From assembly GCF_018350175.1 (NCBI RefSeq), contig NC_058368.1:207516001-207580000 (forward strand): DNA of 64,000 nt, read 5' to 3'. Position 1 is the stretch's first letter; each line of letters opens with the position of its first letter. The notes beneath the pieces were generated by a model. That model saw only the letters and a list, made by a program, of their open reading frames with translations, was not told where the DNA came from and did not search any database. This DNA is from Felis catus (lineage: Eukaryota). The position numbers were made by a program, and so were the translations under genes. Of the stretch, positions 49,081 through 63,800 are shown one piece after another.

Positions 49081-50219
49081 CCACGCAAAATTTCTCTGAA
49101 TTATTTATTTTGTAAGTAAAACATGCAAAGCACCTTCAAAATAAACTTGTCAAAATAAGTGTTTTAAGAAGGAAAATTTTTTTAAAAAGCAGTTATAGAA
49201 TGTTTCTTTTTTTTTTTTTCATATTGGAAACTTTGCTTTAGAAGGCCCACTTTCTCCCAAAAATGTTATATCCTCTTGAAAAATATTGATTCAATAAAAA
49301 TTAACTTCTTTCATTAAAATGTTTTAGAATTTTACTATATGGTTTTTAACATCAGCTAGTGGAATTATAAAACCAGAGCTCAGAATCATTTTTCTATAGT
49401 CAAATTTGAGCTTCATAAACTGATAAGCCAACAATAAATTCAACCCTTATGTAAATCCTGGCAGAGATCAAAAGAAGTGGAATTGAAATAAACATCTGCT
49501 GAATTTGATCTATGACAGATATTTAGCTGAAAGAATTTGTGTGAAATATGGTGAAAACATTTTAATACGTGGGAGGTTTAACTTGAGTAAATACATTTTG
49601 AGGTGTGAATGTATAAACATCATCCAAAGAACCACCAGCAATTTTATCACTACAACTTTGAAAGACAAGTAGTTAAGTTGAGTTTATCACCAGAGGACAT
49701 TCACCAGAAAGAAACTAATTTTATCACTTGTACCCACAACTGCATGAGGCAGCATTTCAGGGCTGGGTGGAGTTTTTTTTAATAGCAGAACACAGCCACT
49801 CCAACACAATAGGGCTTAGATACATACTGTTTAAATTAGTTACCTAGGGTGTGGATGAGCAGGGGAATTTCCAAACTATCTGTTGTTAATTATCAGGCAA
49901 ACAAAGAGAAGATTGTAACTTCAGATTTCTAAGCAAAGTCCACCTGTGGCTACTGAGTATGCAGAGCTTAGATGGTTTCAATTCTCAGTAGATGTAAAAA
50001 TTAACCAACTTAAGCAAACATTGATTGAATTTGATAAGCGGGGCAGGGAGGGAGGAAATTCTAGAAAGTAGCCAGAATAACCACGTCTTCATGATTAATT
50101 AGACAAGAAAACTCAGATATAACTTCTATATGTCTTGACTCTTCTACATCCCTATTTTCTCACTGTTCTTCCCTTCCATGTGGTAAATCCTCCTATTTAA
50201 TTTGTAAGCCACACACATG

Positions 50220-50242
50220 GAAAAGAAAGAAGAAAGAAAGAA

Positions 50243-50279
<37 letters not shown>

Positions 50280-50360
50280 GAGGGAGGGAGGGAGGGAGGA
50301 AGGAAGGAAGGAAGGAAGGAAGGAAGGAAGGAAGGAAGGAAGGAAGGAAGGAAAAAAAAA
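50220..50360. repeat. Compound polypurine STR (GAAA)n(GA)n(GGGA)n(GGAA)n
   Basis: About 140 nt of uninterrupted purines. Confidence 0.96.
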
Positions 50361-53023
50361 TCTGCCAGAACATTCCTAAGAAATGATGCTACAACTACTC
50401 TTTCTTTGATCAGTGAAAACACTGGTTTCTCTCTTCTTTAAGGGTTCATTACAGACAGGCAGTCAATCCAGAAGTGAGAGAATATTGCTTTCTTGGGCAA
50501 GTAATTTGCAAGAATTAGAAACATAGCACATCTTTGCATTTGTAATATCTACATTACTGGTTCCATTGTTAAGGTCTGTATTGAACTGAACAGCTATGGA
50601 TACTGCATTTATAAATACTTTTAGAGAAGGATTCTATTTAACAGTATACTACTTTAATTATTCTAATAAATTTGTATGTTTAAGTGTTCTGCCCTCATGA
50701 AAAATGATAAAGGGCTCTTAGAATCAGTAGGCTGAGGCTGGAAGCCTTGCCCCGACTGAAAATTCTGTTTTCACATGCACTCTGGGTAGCTTTGTTTCTC
50801 CTTGCTGCCTTCCCACACTGAGGCTTGGTCAGTCTCCATTATGAGATCCACTTGATTTTTTACATGAGTTACCCACTTTTTATGTTACCTGCTTGGTTCC
50901 TGGAAACACTGTCATTGGCAACTCCAGATTAGATGGTTTCCCTTTCTGGCTTTAATATTCTATGAGTGGAATAAATTACATAGATTTAGATATAGAAAAA
51001 GTCATGGTAAGGTTCGGTAAACCTTGCCTTCTGGGTAGGCAGCTGAGTTTGGACATGTTTGGATTGGAAACAGTGTCTAGGTTTAAGAAAAAGATCCGAT
51101 TTAAATGCGTAACAGCCTACCACGGGTTTCTGAACCAGTCTTGAGTTGTATGTGGGTATAGGGGTGGGGGAGGTTGTTAAAAATTTGGTATCAAATAGGG
51201 TATTGAATTCTGCAACTTACTCTGAAATGCATCAAAAACCAAAGGTGAATGGATGTGATAAAGCGAAGAATAGCAAAATAAAAACCATTAAAGCATCTAG
51301 GTTAGGTATATTGATGTTCACTTTCAACTTTTGGATATGCTTATAATTTTTCATAATAAAAAGTAAGGGGGAAAGTTTAAGTGTCAGACAGACTGGACAA
51401 ACAGAGCTGGAAATTTTAACACAATACTCCACTCTACATACTTTTTGGCCAGTGCACTTTTGCATCCTCCATGTATCACTCTATATCAACACAAAACCCT
51501 TTTCCCTCTAGATGTAACTATCTTCATCATTTTCCTCTCTTGTAAATATGAGATGCATGATGATGAGAATTTAAAAAAATATATAGGAGAACGCAGAGAA
51601 AGTAAAAATCCTACCATGTGATGAGAACCACTGTTACCATTTTAGGAAATATTTTTCTAGACATATAACTAGACAGAGTATGAGACATCTCATATCTGTA
51701 CTTGAGAGAAAGCTCTCACTTTTCACTCCCTCCCCCCTCTTCATCACCCTTGATTTGCCAGTGTTTTGCCTTCAGCATTTTTCTTGTCTGTGCCTTGAAA
51801 TTCTCATCAAGCACCTTTGATATTCAAGTGTATCTTCTCTCCAATTATTTTGCATTCCATCATGTTGTCTTGCATACCTGAAGCCTCATATTTGCTACTG
51901 GATTCATAATTTCTTAAGAGTCTAATCTGATTAAGGCAAAACCATCCATCTCACTTAATAAGTAACTACACAGTTTAAAACCAAATTCTCACTCTTGATA
52001 GAAATGAGAATACCCAGGCCAATCTATATCTGTTTAGTTATGGAAAACACAGAGATTGTAACTGTAACACACAGAATTCTTAGTTTAGAAAACATAAGCC
52101 AACTTCAGCTCATGCAGTTTTCACTTGGATTTTGTCACTGCTATCTCCCATGGGTTCACAATGAGTTATTGGCAGTCTCTGAAGAGTAGGGAAGGTTCCA
52201 GGCTCTCCAGGCGGGCTTTGGCAATGTTCATGAACATTTTTATTTCATGGAAATAAAACTAGATTTTGGTTCTTTAAAAAGTAAAAAGAAGTATCCGTAC
52301 TAATATCTGAGAGGTATCTTTAAAACATCTACTTCATGGAGTTTCCATGAGTTCACTTTCTTGCACTGCAAATTTTATAAGCAGTTTCCTAATTTTATAG
52401 AAATACCTTACTTGGTCCCATTATGAACTCTTTTCATGGAATCTCAAAGAATATATTAGTAGACTAGATTATTTGGGTTATAAAAAGTCTTTAGGAATAG
52501 AAAAATGGATTGTTTCTATCTTTTATTATAGCACGGTCCTGAGCTACATCAAGGTTCAAATCACTTTTCATACTTTGCATTTGAGGAATAAGGAATATAA
52601 TAACAATAGTTGACATTTAACTAGATGCTTCCTATATTCCAGACATTGTTGTTTTTAAAAATATCAATTTACTAAATTCTTAAAATTGTGAGAGATATAT
52701 TGCTTTTACTCCATCTTACGAATCTGGAAACCAAAAGAGAGAGAGGTTAAGGAATTAGCAACCAGCAAGTTAAGTGGTAAAACTAAGATAGCTCTAGAGC
52801 CTATACCTAAACTATTCCATTTACCTGACTCTCTAGAGTCCAAAAAGAAAAAAGGCACTACACTGGTCTAGAGGTAGGGTGCAGTAGGAACCTACTGTTT
52901 CATAAATTTAGTGTGAGTCTACCTGTAACTCTCTATGTGACTCTTACTAGGTCAGTACCAGATTATTATTTAAGTGTGCTAAATTGATTCTATGTGCTTT
53001 TACCTTAAGAGATATCTTTGACC

Positions 53024-53251
53024 TTTTTTTTAAAAAAAAATTTTTTTTCAACGTTTATTTATTTTTGGGACAGAGAGAGACAGAGCATGAACGGGGGAGG
53101 GGCAGAGAGAGAGGGAGACACAGAATCGGAAACAGGCTCCAGGCTCCGAGCCATCAGCCCAGAGCCTGACGCGGGGCTCGAACTCACAGACCGCGAGATC
53201 GTGACCTGGCTGAAATCGGTCGCTTAACCGACTGCGCCACCCAGGCGCCCC
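53024..53251 (-). mobile_element. Young felid SINE
   Basis: CpG-rich body; TSD TATCTTTGACCTTT. Confidence 0.95.
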
Positions 53252-53387
53252 TATATCTTTGACCTTTAAAAAACATCAGGGTGAATTGATGCTGCCTGAT
53301 TTCTGCTTCCTTACCAATTTTTTTGTGCACAACGAACTTTTTTTCTTTTTGCATGTGTCATTCCAAATATATTAAAGGAAATTTGAA

Positions 53388-53625
53388 GGGGTGCCTGGGT
53401 GGCTCAATCAGTTAAGCATCTGATTTTGGTTCAGGTCATTGTCTTGTGGTTTGTGGGTTTGAGCCCTGCATCAAGCTCTGTGCTGACAGCTCAGACCCTG
53501 GAACCTGCTTCAGATTCTGTGTCTCCCTCTCTCTCTGCCTCTCCCTTGCACACACACACACTCTCTCTCTCTCTCTCAAAATAAACCATTAAAAAATTGT
53601 TCTTAGAATACATAAATAAATATAT
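53388..53625 (+). mobile_element. Can-SINE
   Basis: TSD TAAAGGAAATTTGAA. Confidence 0.9.
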
Positions 53626-53971
53626 AAAGGAAATTTGAAAAGAGAAACAATCCACAGTCACAGTGATTTCTCTTCTATGACCATTAAGTCTTTATCTATA
53701 AGTATTTGTCCTTAACTATCATAGCATTTTTTCACTCACGATTTATTCATGAGCATTCTTCCACATTACCAAATGCTGTTCATTATCCTTTTAATGATTG
53801 TAACACATTCCATGCAGTTAAGGTATCATAATCTACTTAAATATTTTGGTTGCTGCCAGGATTTTTCCAATTAGAGAAATTGCAACAAATATTTTCATAC
53901 ATCTAACTGATAGTTGTTCTCTTACTTTGAATGATTTCCTTAAAGCCCTAAAGGTGATCGAGGAAATTAAG

Positions 53972-54203
53972 TTTTTTCTTTTCTTTTTTTTTTTTCCTTT
54001 GCTTTAGAGAGAGAACATGAATAGGGAAAAGGAGAGAGCGTGAGCAGGGAAGAGGGACAGAGAAAGAGGGAGAGAAAATCTTAATCAGGCTCTGCGTTCA
54101 GCACAGGGCCCCACACAGGGCTCAATTCCACGACCCTGGGATCATGACCTGAGCCAAAATCAAGAGTTGGGCACTTAACTAACTGAGCCATCCAAGCACT
54201 CCA
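53972..54203 (-). mobile_element. Can-SINE, older
   Basis: GATCATGACCTGAGCCAAAATCAAGAG and degenerate head. Confidence 0.8.
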
Positions 54204-56827
54204 AGTTTTTTTCCTTTTCTTACTTTATGGATATATATGCTGACAGAATGGGATTTTTAATTTTTTCAGATTGATTATTTAATAAATAAAGCAATTTTAA
54301 GGAACCATTTTAAATAAATTTCCGTTATTGTTGAACACTTTCAGTTACATTAGGTTACTACTTGAATTTCCTCTCACATAGGATTTGTGGGGGCAGGGGG
54401 TCTTATCAATTGATATCAATTGATGTGCTATTCATACATGTAAATTCTTAGTTTAGAATATATTAAATTTGGATCCCATTTATATAAATATTTTACACAT
54501 TTTGTTTTCCATTGTATTTTATTGCTGTTTGTAGTTGCATGGCAGGCTTCCCACCTTTATATAAGTTGGTTTTCTCTGTTATAATTTCTTTAAAAACCAA
54601 CACCGTTTTGGATAAATACTAGTCTATCCTCTGCTGATTTTTCTTCTTAACTCTATGGTCCATTGGAAACTTACTCTGACTCATGGAAGGAAGTAAAGGT
54701 GAAGTTAAAATAATATCTATTTCATATTTTCTTTCCCTATTTTTTTTATTTTTAGATTATCATGCATTATGGGTCTCTTTTGAGCCATCTATATTTCATT
54801 TTTCTATTATCATACATTCACAATTATTATTTAACAATATATTCTAATATCAAATAGGGTTAATCTCCCCATTCCTTCCATCCTGGGTCCTCTTTTTCAC
54901 AATATTTATTGATGTCCTTACCCAAATAATTTTCCTAAGTAAAGTTTACAAATTTATTAAGTTCTTTAAAAAGTCCAGTTATGATTCGAATTGCCATTCT
55001 TTCAGTATCAAAAAATAAAAACAGAAAGGACTAGTGTATAGTGTCCAGCTTTCATTTTTAGCATTTCTCAGTATAGAGTTCAGTCTATACAGTTCAGCCT
55101 ACTGTCCCACTGTAGAGATTTCCCTGCCTCCTCAAGTAACCTACATGTTCCCAGGATGGCTCTTCAGGTCAGGACATAGTCTGGCCAAGGTGAAGAGAGC
55201 AGCTCATACAGAGAAAGAAGTCATCTCCCAGTAAAACTGTCTAAACTGGTGAACCAATTGGTCACTGAGGATGAAAGCATTCCTTACTTTATTTTTGTTA
55301 TTGCTGTGTTACTGTCATGTAATGTAATTTTTCCCTTAAAGTGGTTATAGAGGTAAAATGAACATGCCCAGAAACATGCGTTTTTCAGACTTCCATGCTT
55401 TGATTAAGCAATTCCTTTAGGAACAAATTCTAATTCTCTCAAGAATTACTCTTGAAAACGATGAGCAAATTTTTGTGAGTTTTTCCATGTGTTAGGACAA
55501 AATTTTAAACAGTGGATCACTCAAAGTTTGAGCAAGATATATTCATCTACTAGGCATGTAAAATATTTTCCTAATATAAATTTCTTCAAAGATGGCTATA
55601 AATCGTCATTTGAAACTCCTCCATCGAAAGGATGACTAATCCTTTTGACCATTAAGTTGTGAAATGGAACACTTCCAAATCACATGATTCTATCTTAAAG
55701 CTGTTACTACTTAGTTTCTTTATTAAGGTGGCTTCAGGATAAAATATTTTTATGTATCAAGAGTGGTCATTACGCATTTACTCTAGGTCTCTTGTCTTAT
55801 GTCCACCATTTTTGTTTATTTTTGTTTGCAAGTACCCTAAAATCAGAACTCCATGTCATTTTATAAGGTTTGTCTAGCAACTTTCCAACCCCCACAGCAT
55901 GAAATTCACCCAAGAGGTTTGCACAGAGATTACCTCAGTGGTGACCAGACAATATCTCACCTGCCCTTTCACTCCAGATAGAGTGATTGGTGGACCATGT
56001 CATTTACGAGGTGAGATCCAAGGACCCAAATCATCTGCTTGCTTTTAATTTCAACATTTAACACCAAAAGAAAACCCAAGAACATGAAAAGTCATAGCTA
56101 TCGCCTCACATTCCACAAAAGGAAGCTTCAGACACTTTGGTGGTGATTATTTGTTCTGTTTTGTTTTAGAAAATCTATTCTGAGTAACATCCCAAAAATG
56201 CCTCCTAATTGCCAAACTCCATGGAATGTTTTTACTCTTCTCAATAACACTTGCAAGTCTTCCCTTGATTCTTGCCTGGCTCTCCTCCCTATGCCTGTAA
56301 CAATTCCTTCTCAGTTCCCTTGGAACTCCGGCCTTTTGGTTGGAAATAAGTAAGGTACCATCTCTGCCTTCCTCTCACTCTGCCTGTCCCCCCCTCTCAA
56401 GGCTTCAGCTGCTGTACCTCAGCTGGTGACTCACATGTCTGGCAGCTCAAATGCCACCTGACCCAAACTGAAGTCATCATCCTTCTCCAGAGCTGTCTTC
56501 ATATTCTCTAACCCAATAAGTGCCACCACCATCTCCCCAGTCACCCAATCCTTATACTTCTATGTCATTTTATATTTCTCCACTGCCGCCCACTCCCTGC
56601 CATCCAACTTAAAAGCACATATACATTTCCTTCTCTTTAACCATATTTAACAGGCTACAGTTAGAATTCAGGCCTTTATCCTCTATGACTGGACTATTAC
56701 ACTCTTACAATTCACATTCCTTAAATTCATCATTTCCCTGCTACTAGAATGATTTTTCTACAGCAGATATCTAATTATGCAACTTTCTTGCTTCAAACCC
56801 TTCAGATGGCTCCTAGTGGCCTAGCAT

Positions 56828-57050
56828 AGGGGTTAGCAAACCATGGTCTGCAGGCCAAATCCAGCCCATTGGCAGTTTATACAAATAAAATGTCATTGTA
56901 ACACAGCCACGCTTATTCACTCATATGCGTTGTCTAATGGTTGATGTCATGCTACAACAGCAAGTTGCATAGTTTCGACAAAGACTATGTGATCCCAAAA
57001 ATCAAAAATATCTATGATGTGGCCCTCCACAGAAAACATTTGCTGATGCT
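56828..57050. mobile_element. MER58-like hAT MITE
   Basis: AGGGGTTAGCAAAC...GGCCAAATCCAGCCC...ACAGAAAACATTTGCTGA. Confidence 0.72.
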
Positions 57051-57199
57051 TGGCCTAAAGGATATACAGTCTGAGCAATGTGGTGTGACGTGTAAGCCCT
57101 CCATTCTTTGAGTGCAGCCTCTACGTCCAGGCTTAGCCCTTGCCACACTCACACCCTTAAACCTCATATTCAAGCGGTTCTTGTCCGCTAGCAGTTTTC

Positions 57200-57410
57200 C
57201 AGCACGATCTAACAGAAATTTCAGTGATGATGGATCTGTTGTCTGACTGTGCTGTCTAGTGCAGTAGCCACTAGCCCCATGTGGCTACTGAGTGATGAAA
57301 ATGTGGCTAGTCCAACTGCAAAACTGAATTTTGAATTGTATTTAATTTTAATTAACATAAATTTAAACTTAAATAGCCACAAGTGAGCTACATCATTAGA
57401 CAGTACAGTG
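57200..57410. mobile_element. MER3-like hAT MITE
   Basis: GTAGCCACTAGCCCCATGTGGCTACTGAG...AAATAGCCACA. Confidence 0.78.
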
Positions 57411-57454
57411 CTAGACTATGTCACCACTGGTGTCTTTGTTTATTCTAGGGGAGT

Positions 57455-57668
57455 ATTTTATTTGTTTTAAGTTTATTTATTTATTTTGAGATAGAAGAGT
57501 GTGTGTGTGAGGAAGGGCCAGCGAGAGAGAGAGAGAGAAAATCCCAAGGAGGCTCTATCTACACTGTCATCACAGAGCCCAATGCAGGGCTTGATCTCAA
57601 GAATCAGATCATGATCTGAGACGAAATCAAGAGTCAAAGGCTTAACTGACTGAGCCACTCAGACGCTC
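57455..57668 (-). mobile_element. Can-SINE, older
   Basis: Flanking GGGAGTATTTT repeat; (AG)n. Confidence 0.83.
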
Positions 57669-60064
57669 CACTAAGGGAGTATTTTAAATATTTTAGAATA
57701 CTGTGTGCATCTGGGAAACACTCTCATTTCAGCAGTTAACTTAAGGGTCACCCTTTCTAAGGAGGCTTTGCAAATTCCCATGCCCATGTCTCCCCCCTTC
57801 CCCCTGCAAAGAACTGGGTATCCTTCTTTCTGTGCTGTCACTGTGCCATCATATTACCAGGAAACTTCTGTTTTACCCCAACCAGGATACAGTTCCTGAA
57901 GGCAGATCTCTGTTCAATTTGTTTCTGCTTTAAAATTCCCAATCCAGTGCCTGGTTTATGCCAGAAGCTTAATTAATATTGGTCAAATAGATTGATCAAT
58001 GTCACATTCAGAGTTTTTTCAACATGTAAATCACTTTCCTTCATCTATAGTTCTTTGACAAATGAAGAACGACCACTCACACAAGTGCTAAGAAAGCCCA
58101 GTAGCCTGTCTCCCTCACCCTCCCTCCACTAGGTGTTGACATCTCCCTGGAAAAAATAACTGACTACAATCCCCTTGGCAACATGATTCTGTTCACACAT
58201 TTTTAAAATTCACTTTAATAATAGCATTTTTGATACTTAGAGTCAAAAATGCCACATTCTTCTAAAAGCTGTAATGAGGCATCCATGACCGTTCTGCCAA
58301 ACCTACACGTTTGACCTCTATGAAATTTGTTAATTCTGCTTTTCTGGAGAACACACTGCCTATTTGTGGCTTATGTAAAACCCTCAGCTACTGCAGCTAA
58401 CTTTTTTTTTATTTAGCTGGAGCAACGTTTAATATTATGTATGCTAAAAACAATACAAAACTCTACAGTCTGAGTTTTCTACAGATATGAACCCAGTTGG
58501 TTAAATAGTGCATGTGGCACAAATAACAATCAAAAGTCTTTAAAAGGAGGAGCCGAAAAATATTGATGTCAGCTCTGAGAAAGCCTGAGCAATCTAGCCC
58601 AGTCAGGTGGGATTTCAAGGTCAGCAAGAATCTAAAACTACACATGTTTATAGGGTTCAGAGTATCAAAGCAAAGCTTCCATACACTTCCTTTTTGAAGT
58701 TCCAACTTAAATAATGATAATTTTTAGTAGCTTTTCTTTTGCCTGTGTAGAATTAAGAGCTCTAAGATAAATTACTGCAAAATGCTTTACACTTTCTCAA
58801 AACTGACATATTTTAAATAGTTGAGGTTTAAAATCAGATGATTTTGATCCTCTTCAAGTAGGTTTTGTATTGCTCTAGCATCTTATTTATACTCTAATAC
58901 CTTACCCCTGTAGGATCAGAGAACATGGGGAAAGAAGGATAAGATAATGAACGATGAGGGCTCTATTATGTATCTGATTATCTCTCTTTCATCTTCCTAC
59001 CAAGCATGTAGTGTTGGCCATACACAGTCCTGGGATCACCTGTCTGACAGATTTGCACGATGGCTCTGAACAGTCTGCAGAGCTAGTAATCTGTGTGTGA
59101 GTCCAAGTCCTACCTTTTGCTTCCTGCTTTGTCCTAGGCAGGCTGCTTAACCCTCAGTGGCCTGATTTCTCCCTTTATAAAATGGCGGGCAATGATAGCC
59201 TCTACCTTGTAGATGCTGATGCATGTCAAATGAGCCAGTATTGCAGGAAAGCATTTCCACAGGAGACGTGTTCATGGAATGTTCACTGTTATTTGTGTTC
59301 TTTACAATGTTTCAAACCTCAGTGAAAATGCTTTTAAACCTTAGTTTAAAATCGAAAGGATTTGAATTCCTTCAAAATGGCTTTGAGGGGCTCAAAAATC
59401 TTATTTAAAAATAAGCAATAGCCTACTCTCTAACTATGCTTAGAAACATCTGGATTTCTCTGGGGATACGGGAAATGGAAAGAACCAAATATCATCCATG
59501 AATGTGAATCAGACCGAGGCTGGGAAAATGATTGCTTCTATGCAATGCTTCCACCTGACTCCTGACCCACCAGAGGGTGGTCAGAGTAGGGACCCCCTTA
59601 AATAGGAATAGCTTTCCTCTTGCTACATCTCAGCAACCCAAGAAGATTGCTTTGACTCCTTCTATTCTGTTGGACCAAGTTTCCAAAACCTTAGGAAAAA
59701 AAAAAAACTACAGGAAGAAAAATACAGGAAAGCTCTCTGAAAAAATACAGGAAAGCACACCCAGAGCTTACAAAAGGAAATATTGCCAGAACATCAAACT
59801 TTCAAGTGTTTATAAGTACCAACTTTTCTAAAAGCACAGTATGGTGCTGGCATATACTAGATGCTCAGCAAATGTTTGGGGAATGAAGTTTGCCAAAACT
59901 AACCGTGCATATATTTACTTCCCCATCTGCTATACTGAAAAATAGGGAAATATTACTGTTGACATATAAATAAAAAGGTCTGTACACATACTTCTGGGGT
60001 AAGAAATATCCAATATAAATGATATTTCATACAAGTTATATTTCTAGTCCTCTATTTGGAGAGA

Positions 60065-60278
60065 TTTTTTTTTAATTTCTTTTAATGTTTATTTATTTTT
60101 GAGAGAGAGAGACAGCATGCGCAGGAGAGGGGCAGAGAGAGAGGGAGACACAGAATCTGAAGTAGGATCCAGGCTCTGAACTGTCAGCACAGAGTCCCAT
60201 GCCAGGCTTGAACTCACCACGAGATCATGACCTGGCCTGAAGTCAGATGTTTAATCAGCTGAGCCACCCAGGCACCCC
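60065..60278 (-). mobile_element. Can-SINE
   Basis: Complete body; flanking TGGAGAG. Confidence 0.9.
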
Positions 60279-60286
60279 TGGAGAGT

Positions 60287-60342
60287 TTTGTTTTTTTGTT
60301 TGTTTGTTTGTTTGTTTGTTTGTTTGTTTGTTTGTTTGTTTT
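60287..60342. repeat. (TTTG)n STR
   Basis: Read directly. Confidence 0.95.
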
Positions 60343-61730
60343 AATCATAGTCCTTACCACTTGGGCTGCTAATCTGGAGACAAGAATCCAGTTTATTGAA
60401 TTGTACCAAAACTATGATTTTTCTCCTTTTTATATCTAACAATCTTGGAAGAACTTTAAGGCAAATGGAATGCTGGTGTCTGTAAATACAAACTAAAGAT
60501 TTTATCATGTGTCAAAAGATTTATCATTTTATCATGTGGAGATAAATTCTTCATACACATACCATATAATGATGGAAAATAACATCAGTTGTGCAGAGCC
60601 AAATAAAGATATATGAACTGGAAAATCTTTTAAACATTTCAAAAACTAGCATCTGGGACTATAATCCATTAGGTAAGAAAGTAACCCATTTTTGAAAGTC
60701 ATTCTTTTGGGGAGTATTTAAATTTTAAGACTTACTTTGTGTGTGTGACATTGTCCTATATTAACACAATTCTATGAGGTAGGTCCTATCACCATCATTA
60801 TTCCTACTTACAGATGAGAAAATTGAGGCACAGAGAAGTCACTTGCCCAAACTTTCACAGTTAACATTCAAACCCAGGCTATCTGGCTCCCAGAGCCAAG
60901 CTCTAAACTTCTCTGTTATTTGTCGTGAATGGGATGCTGCATTTTCCATTCTGTTCCTGGCCATGCCTTTGTCACAGGACTGGTAACATGAACATCTCTC
61001 CTTTCAGTTAATATAGACATAGGAGCATCTTTTTCATAGGTTAATGTTATTTCCTTTGTCTAGATACACGACATGTTGTCTTGCCTGTACCCTACCTGTG
61101 GACTTTGAACTTTTACTTTTCCACTATGAACGTCACTTTCTACTCTCATAACTGTTACTTGTGTGACATAAGAGAGGAGCCATGTGAAAGAGTGTGTGGA
61201 CTGTATAACTTGGATCTCTCGTGGAAGGAAAGGACATTTCCATTTCCCCCACAAATGAGTTGTGTGATAGGAACTCAGAGAGCTTAAGATATCGTTATGG
61301 AAAAATCAGCTGATCTTGCCAAACCTACTGTTATGAATTGACAGGCAATAGCCCCAAGCTAAATTATAATCACATAATTCTCTTTATTAGATAATATATA
61401 TCCACCACATTTGCTGGCTATCACACAAGGGAAAAAATAGCTCTTTTACTCGGGCTTAAAAAATATGCAATTTCACAGTTTAGTAGACAGAGTGATGAGC
61501 TTGAGCTCTGAGGTCACAGCCTCTCTTCATCACAGGAGTGGCTTTCCATCTGCCTCTAAACTTCACCCCTATTTTGGAGTTTTCTCATTTTTATTCCCTG
61601 GATCACTCATCCACCACAAACAGAGGCACATTGCTTTACTTTTTCTGTCTCTATTAGACATGGACAAAACAGAACAGAAGGAGAAAAAAAAAAAAACCTC
61701 ATTCTTTCTGTGGCACAGTAGAGTTGTGAA

Positions 61731-61912
61731 ATTTTTTAAAAATGTTTTATTAATTTATTCTGAGAGAGAGGGAGAGAGAGAATCCCAAGCACACCCCATG
61801 CCATCAGTGCAGAGCCTGATGATGCAGGGCTCAAACCCACAAACCATGAGATCATGACCTGAGCTGAAATCAAGAGTTGGATGCTGAACCAATGGAGCCA
61901 CCCAGGTGCCCC
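61731..61912 (-). mobile_element. Can-SINE
   Basis: Head GAGCCACCCAGGTGCCCC; TSD TGTGAAATT. Confidence 0.87.
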
Positions 61913-63062
61913 TGCTGTGAAATTGCTAAAACAAAACAAACAAAAATCCACCACAGAACTAAACAAAACACCCATCTCCAAGTCTTACAACATAGTCTTC
62001 TTTGGAGAAGGACCACTAGTAGCTCATAAGTCTGCTTGCCAAGCTGTGCAAAAGCCTATTCGTCCTCATCCCGCCTGCACATCCTGACCCAAAAGCCTCT
62101 TCTCTCACCTGTCCCTCGGAGGAACTCCCTTCCCTGCCCTCCTGCGCCAAGGGCCTGTAGGGATGCGCCAGACAGCAGAGAATTCTCCCCTAGAACCCAT
62201 TCTGAATAACCAATGTAACCAATCATCATCTTATTCTTGCTTCTCTCTCAGATAACCCTGACAACTTATGTTCTCCATCCCCTCTACCAAAAACGCACTC
62301 GTCCACAAAAACATGGATAAATATTTATTAACTACCTGATTAATTCAGAGATTTATGGGGGTTGTGACCATATGTTTCATTTTGAGTTGGGAAAATATCA
62401 CCATACAGCTTAGAAGAGCCTCCCCATTCATGCATACACGTACACTTTTTTTTTAAATTGTAGTAGAACAGCACATGACTTACAATTGTGCATTCTAGCA
62501 TTTGACAGCTTTAAGAGAATTGTTGAAATAGATTGAAAAAAAAAAACTGGGAGGCAACCTAAGAGAGTTGGGATTATTTCAACTGGAGAAAAAGATAAAG
62601 TAAGTTTATCGTTTCTGGAATATGAAACAATGTACAAGGAGTTCTGAAGGTTCTCAGAAGTATACCCCCAGGATGACAGAGCAACTTGTGGGGAATATGA
62701 CCGAGAGGGAACCTAATGAAAATCCGTGATCTGAGAAAACTTCCTTTTGGGCTTCACTATCTGTTTATAAGAGAGCTGCACTTTTTAAATAACAAATTCC
62801 CTGACCAAATGGTTGTAAGCAGGTGCCCTCCGGCAAAAAAGGAGAGCTTAAACTGAAGCAGGATGAATTCAGATGAGCCAAAATAAATGAGGCTCCTTTC
62901 CATTGCACCTGCTTATCCAATAAGGTAGATTTCTCACGGGGAAGTGGTCTGTATCATATGCCACATTGTAAATGGCATCCCCTCTGGTTGTGCAGCAGGG
63001 CACAATCAACTTAGCTAGACTTGCTCCTTTGCCTACACAGAGCCACCTTAGAAATGAGGAGA

Positions 63063-63270
63063 GGGGCATCTGGGTGGCTCAGTCAGTTGAGCACCTGACG
63101 CTTGATTCGGCTCAGGTCATGATCTCACAGTTCATGGGTTTGAGCCCCGCGTCGGACTCTGTGCTAATAGCACAGAGCCTGGTTGGGATTCTCTCTCCAT
63201 GTCTATTTCTCTCTCCCTCTCTCCATTCATGCACTCTCTGTCTCTCTTTAAAAAAAAATGAGAAAAAGAA
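63063..63270 (+). mobile_element. Can-SINE
   Basis: GGGGCATCTGGGTGGCTCAG head, (CT)n, A tail. Confidence 0.88.
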
Positions 63271-63344
63271 ATAGCATGGAATGCCACCCCAACTCCCAAC
63301 CTTGACCTCATTTCCCTCTGTTTTTACTACCTCTCCAACGCTTT

Positions 63345-63800
63345 AGTTTTTTGTTTGTTTGTTTTTTAATTTACATCCAAGTTAGCATATAGTGCAACAA
63401 TGATTTCAGGAGTAGATTCCTTAGTGCCCCTTACCCATTTAGCCCATCCCCCCTCCCACAACCCTTCCCGTGACCCTCAGTTTGTTCTCCATATTTAAGA
63501 GTCTCTTCTGTTTTGTCCTCCTCCCTGTTTTTATGTTATTGTTGCTCCCCTTCCCTTATGTTCAACTGTTTTGTCTCTTAAAAGTCCTCATATGAGGGAA
63601 GTCATATGATACTTGTCTTTCTCTAATTTCACTTAGCATAATACCCTCCAGTTCCATCCACATAGTTGCAAATGGCAAGAGTTTGTTCTTTTTGATGCTG
63701 AGTAATACTCCACTGTGTATATATACCACATCTTTTTTATCCATTTGTCCAGCGATGGCCATTTGGGCTCTTTCCATACTTTGGCTATTGTTGCTGGTGC
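63345..63800 (-). mobile_element. 5'-truncated L1 3' end, same 3'UTR type as the intron-10 L1
   Basis: TTTACATCCAA...GATTTCAGGAGTAGATTCCTTA shared with 23887 onward; flanking CTTTAGTTTTT on both sides. Confidence 0.9.

Noticed and set aside
192..63274. Many 60-130 aa ORFs with recurring text such as MAQSVK...SAQVMISR or FNVYLFLGQRETEHE
   Set aside because: Translations of Can-SINE copies, not a gene family.
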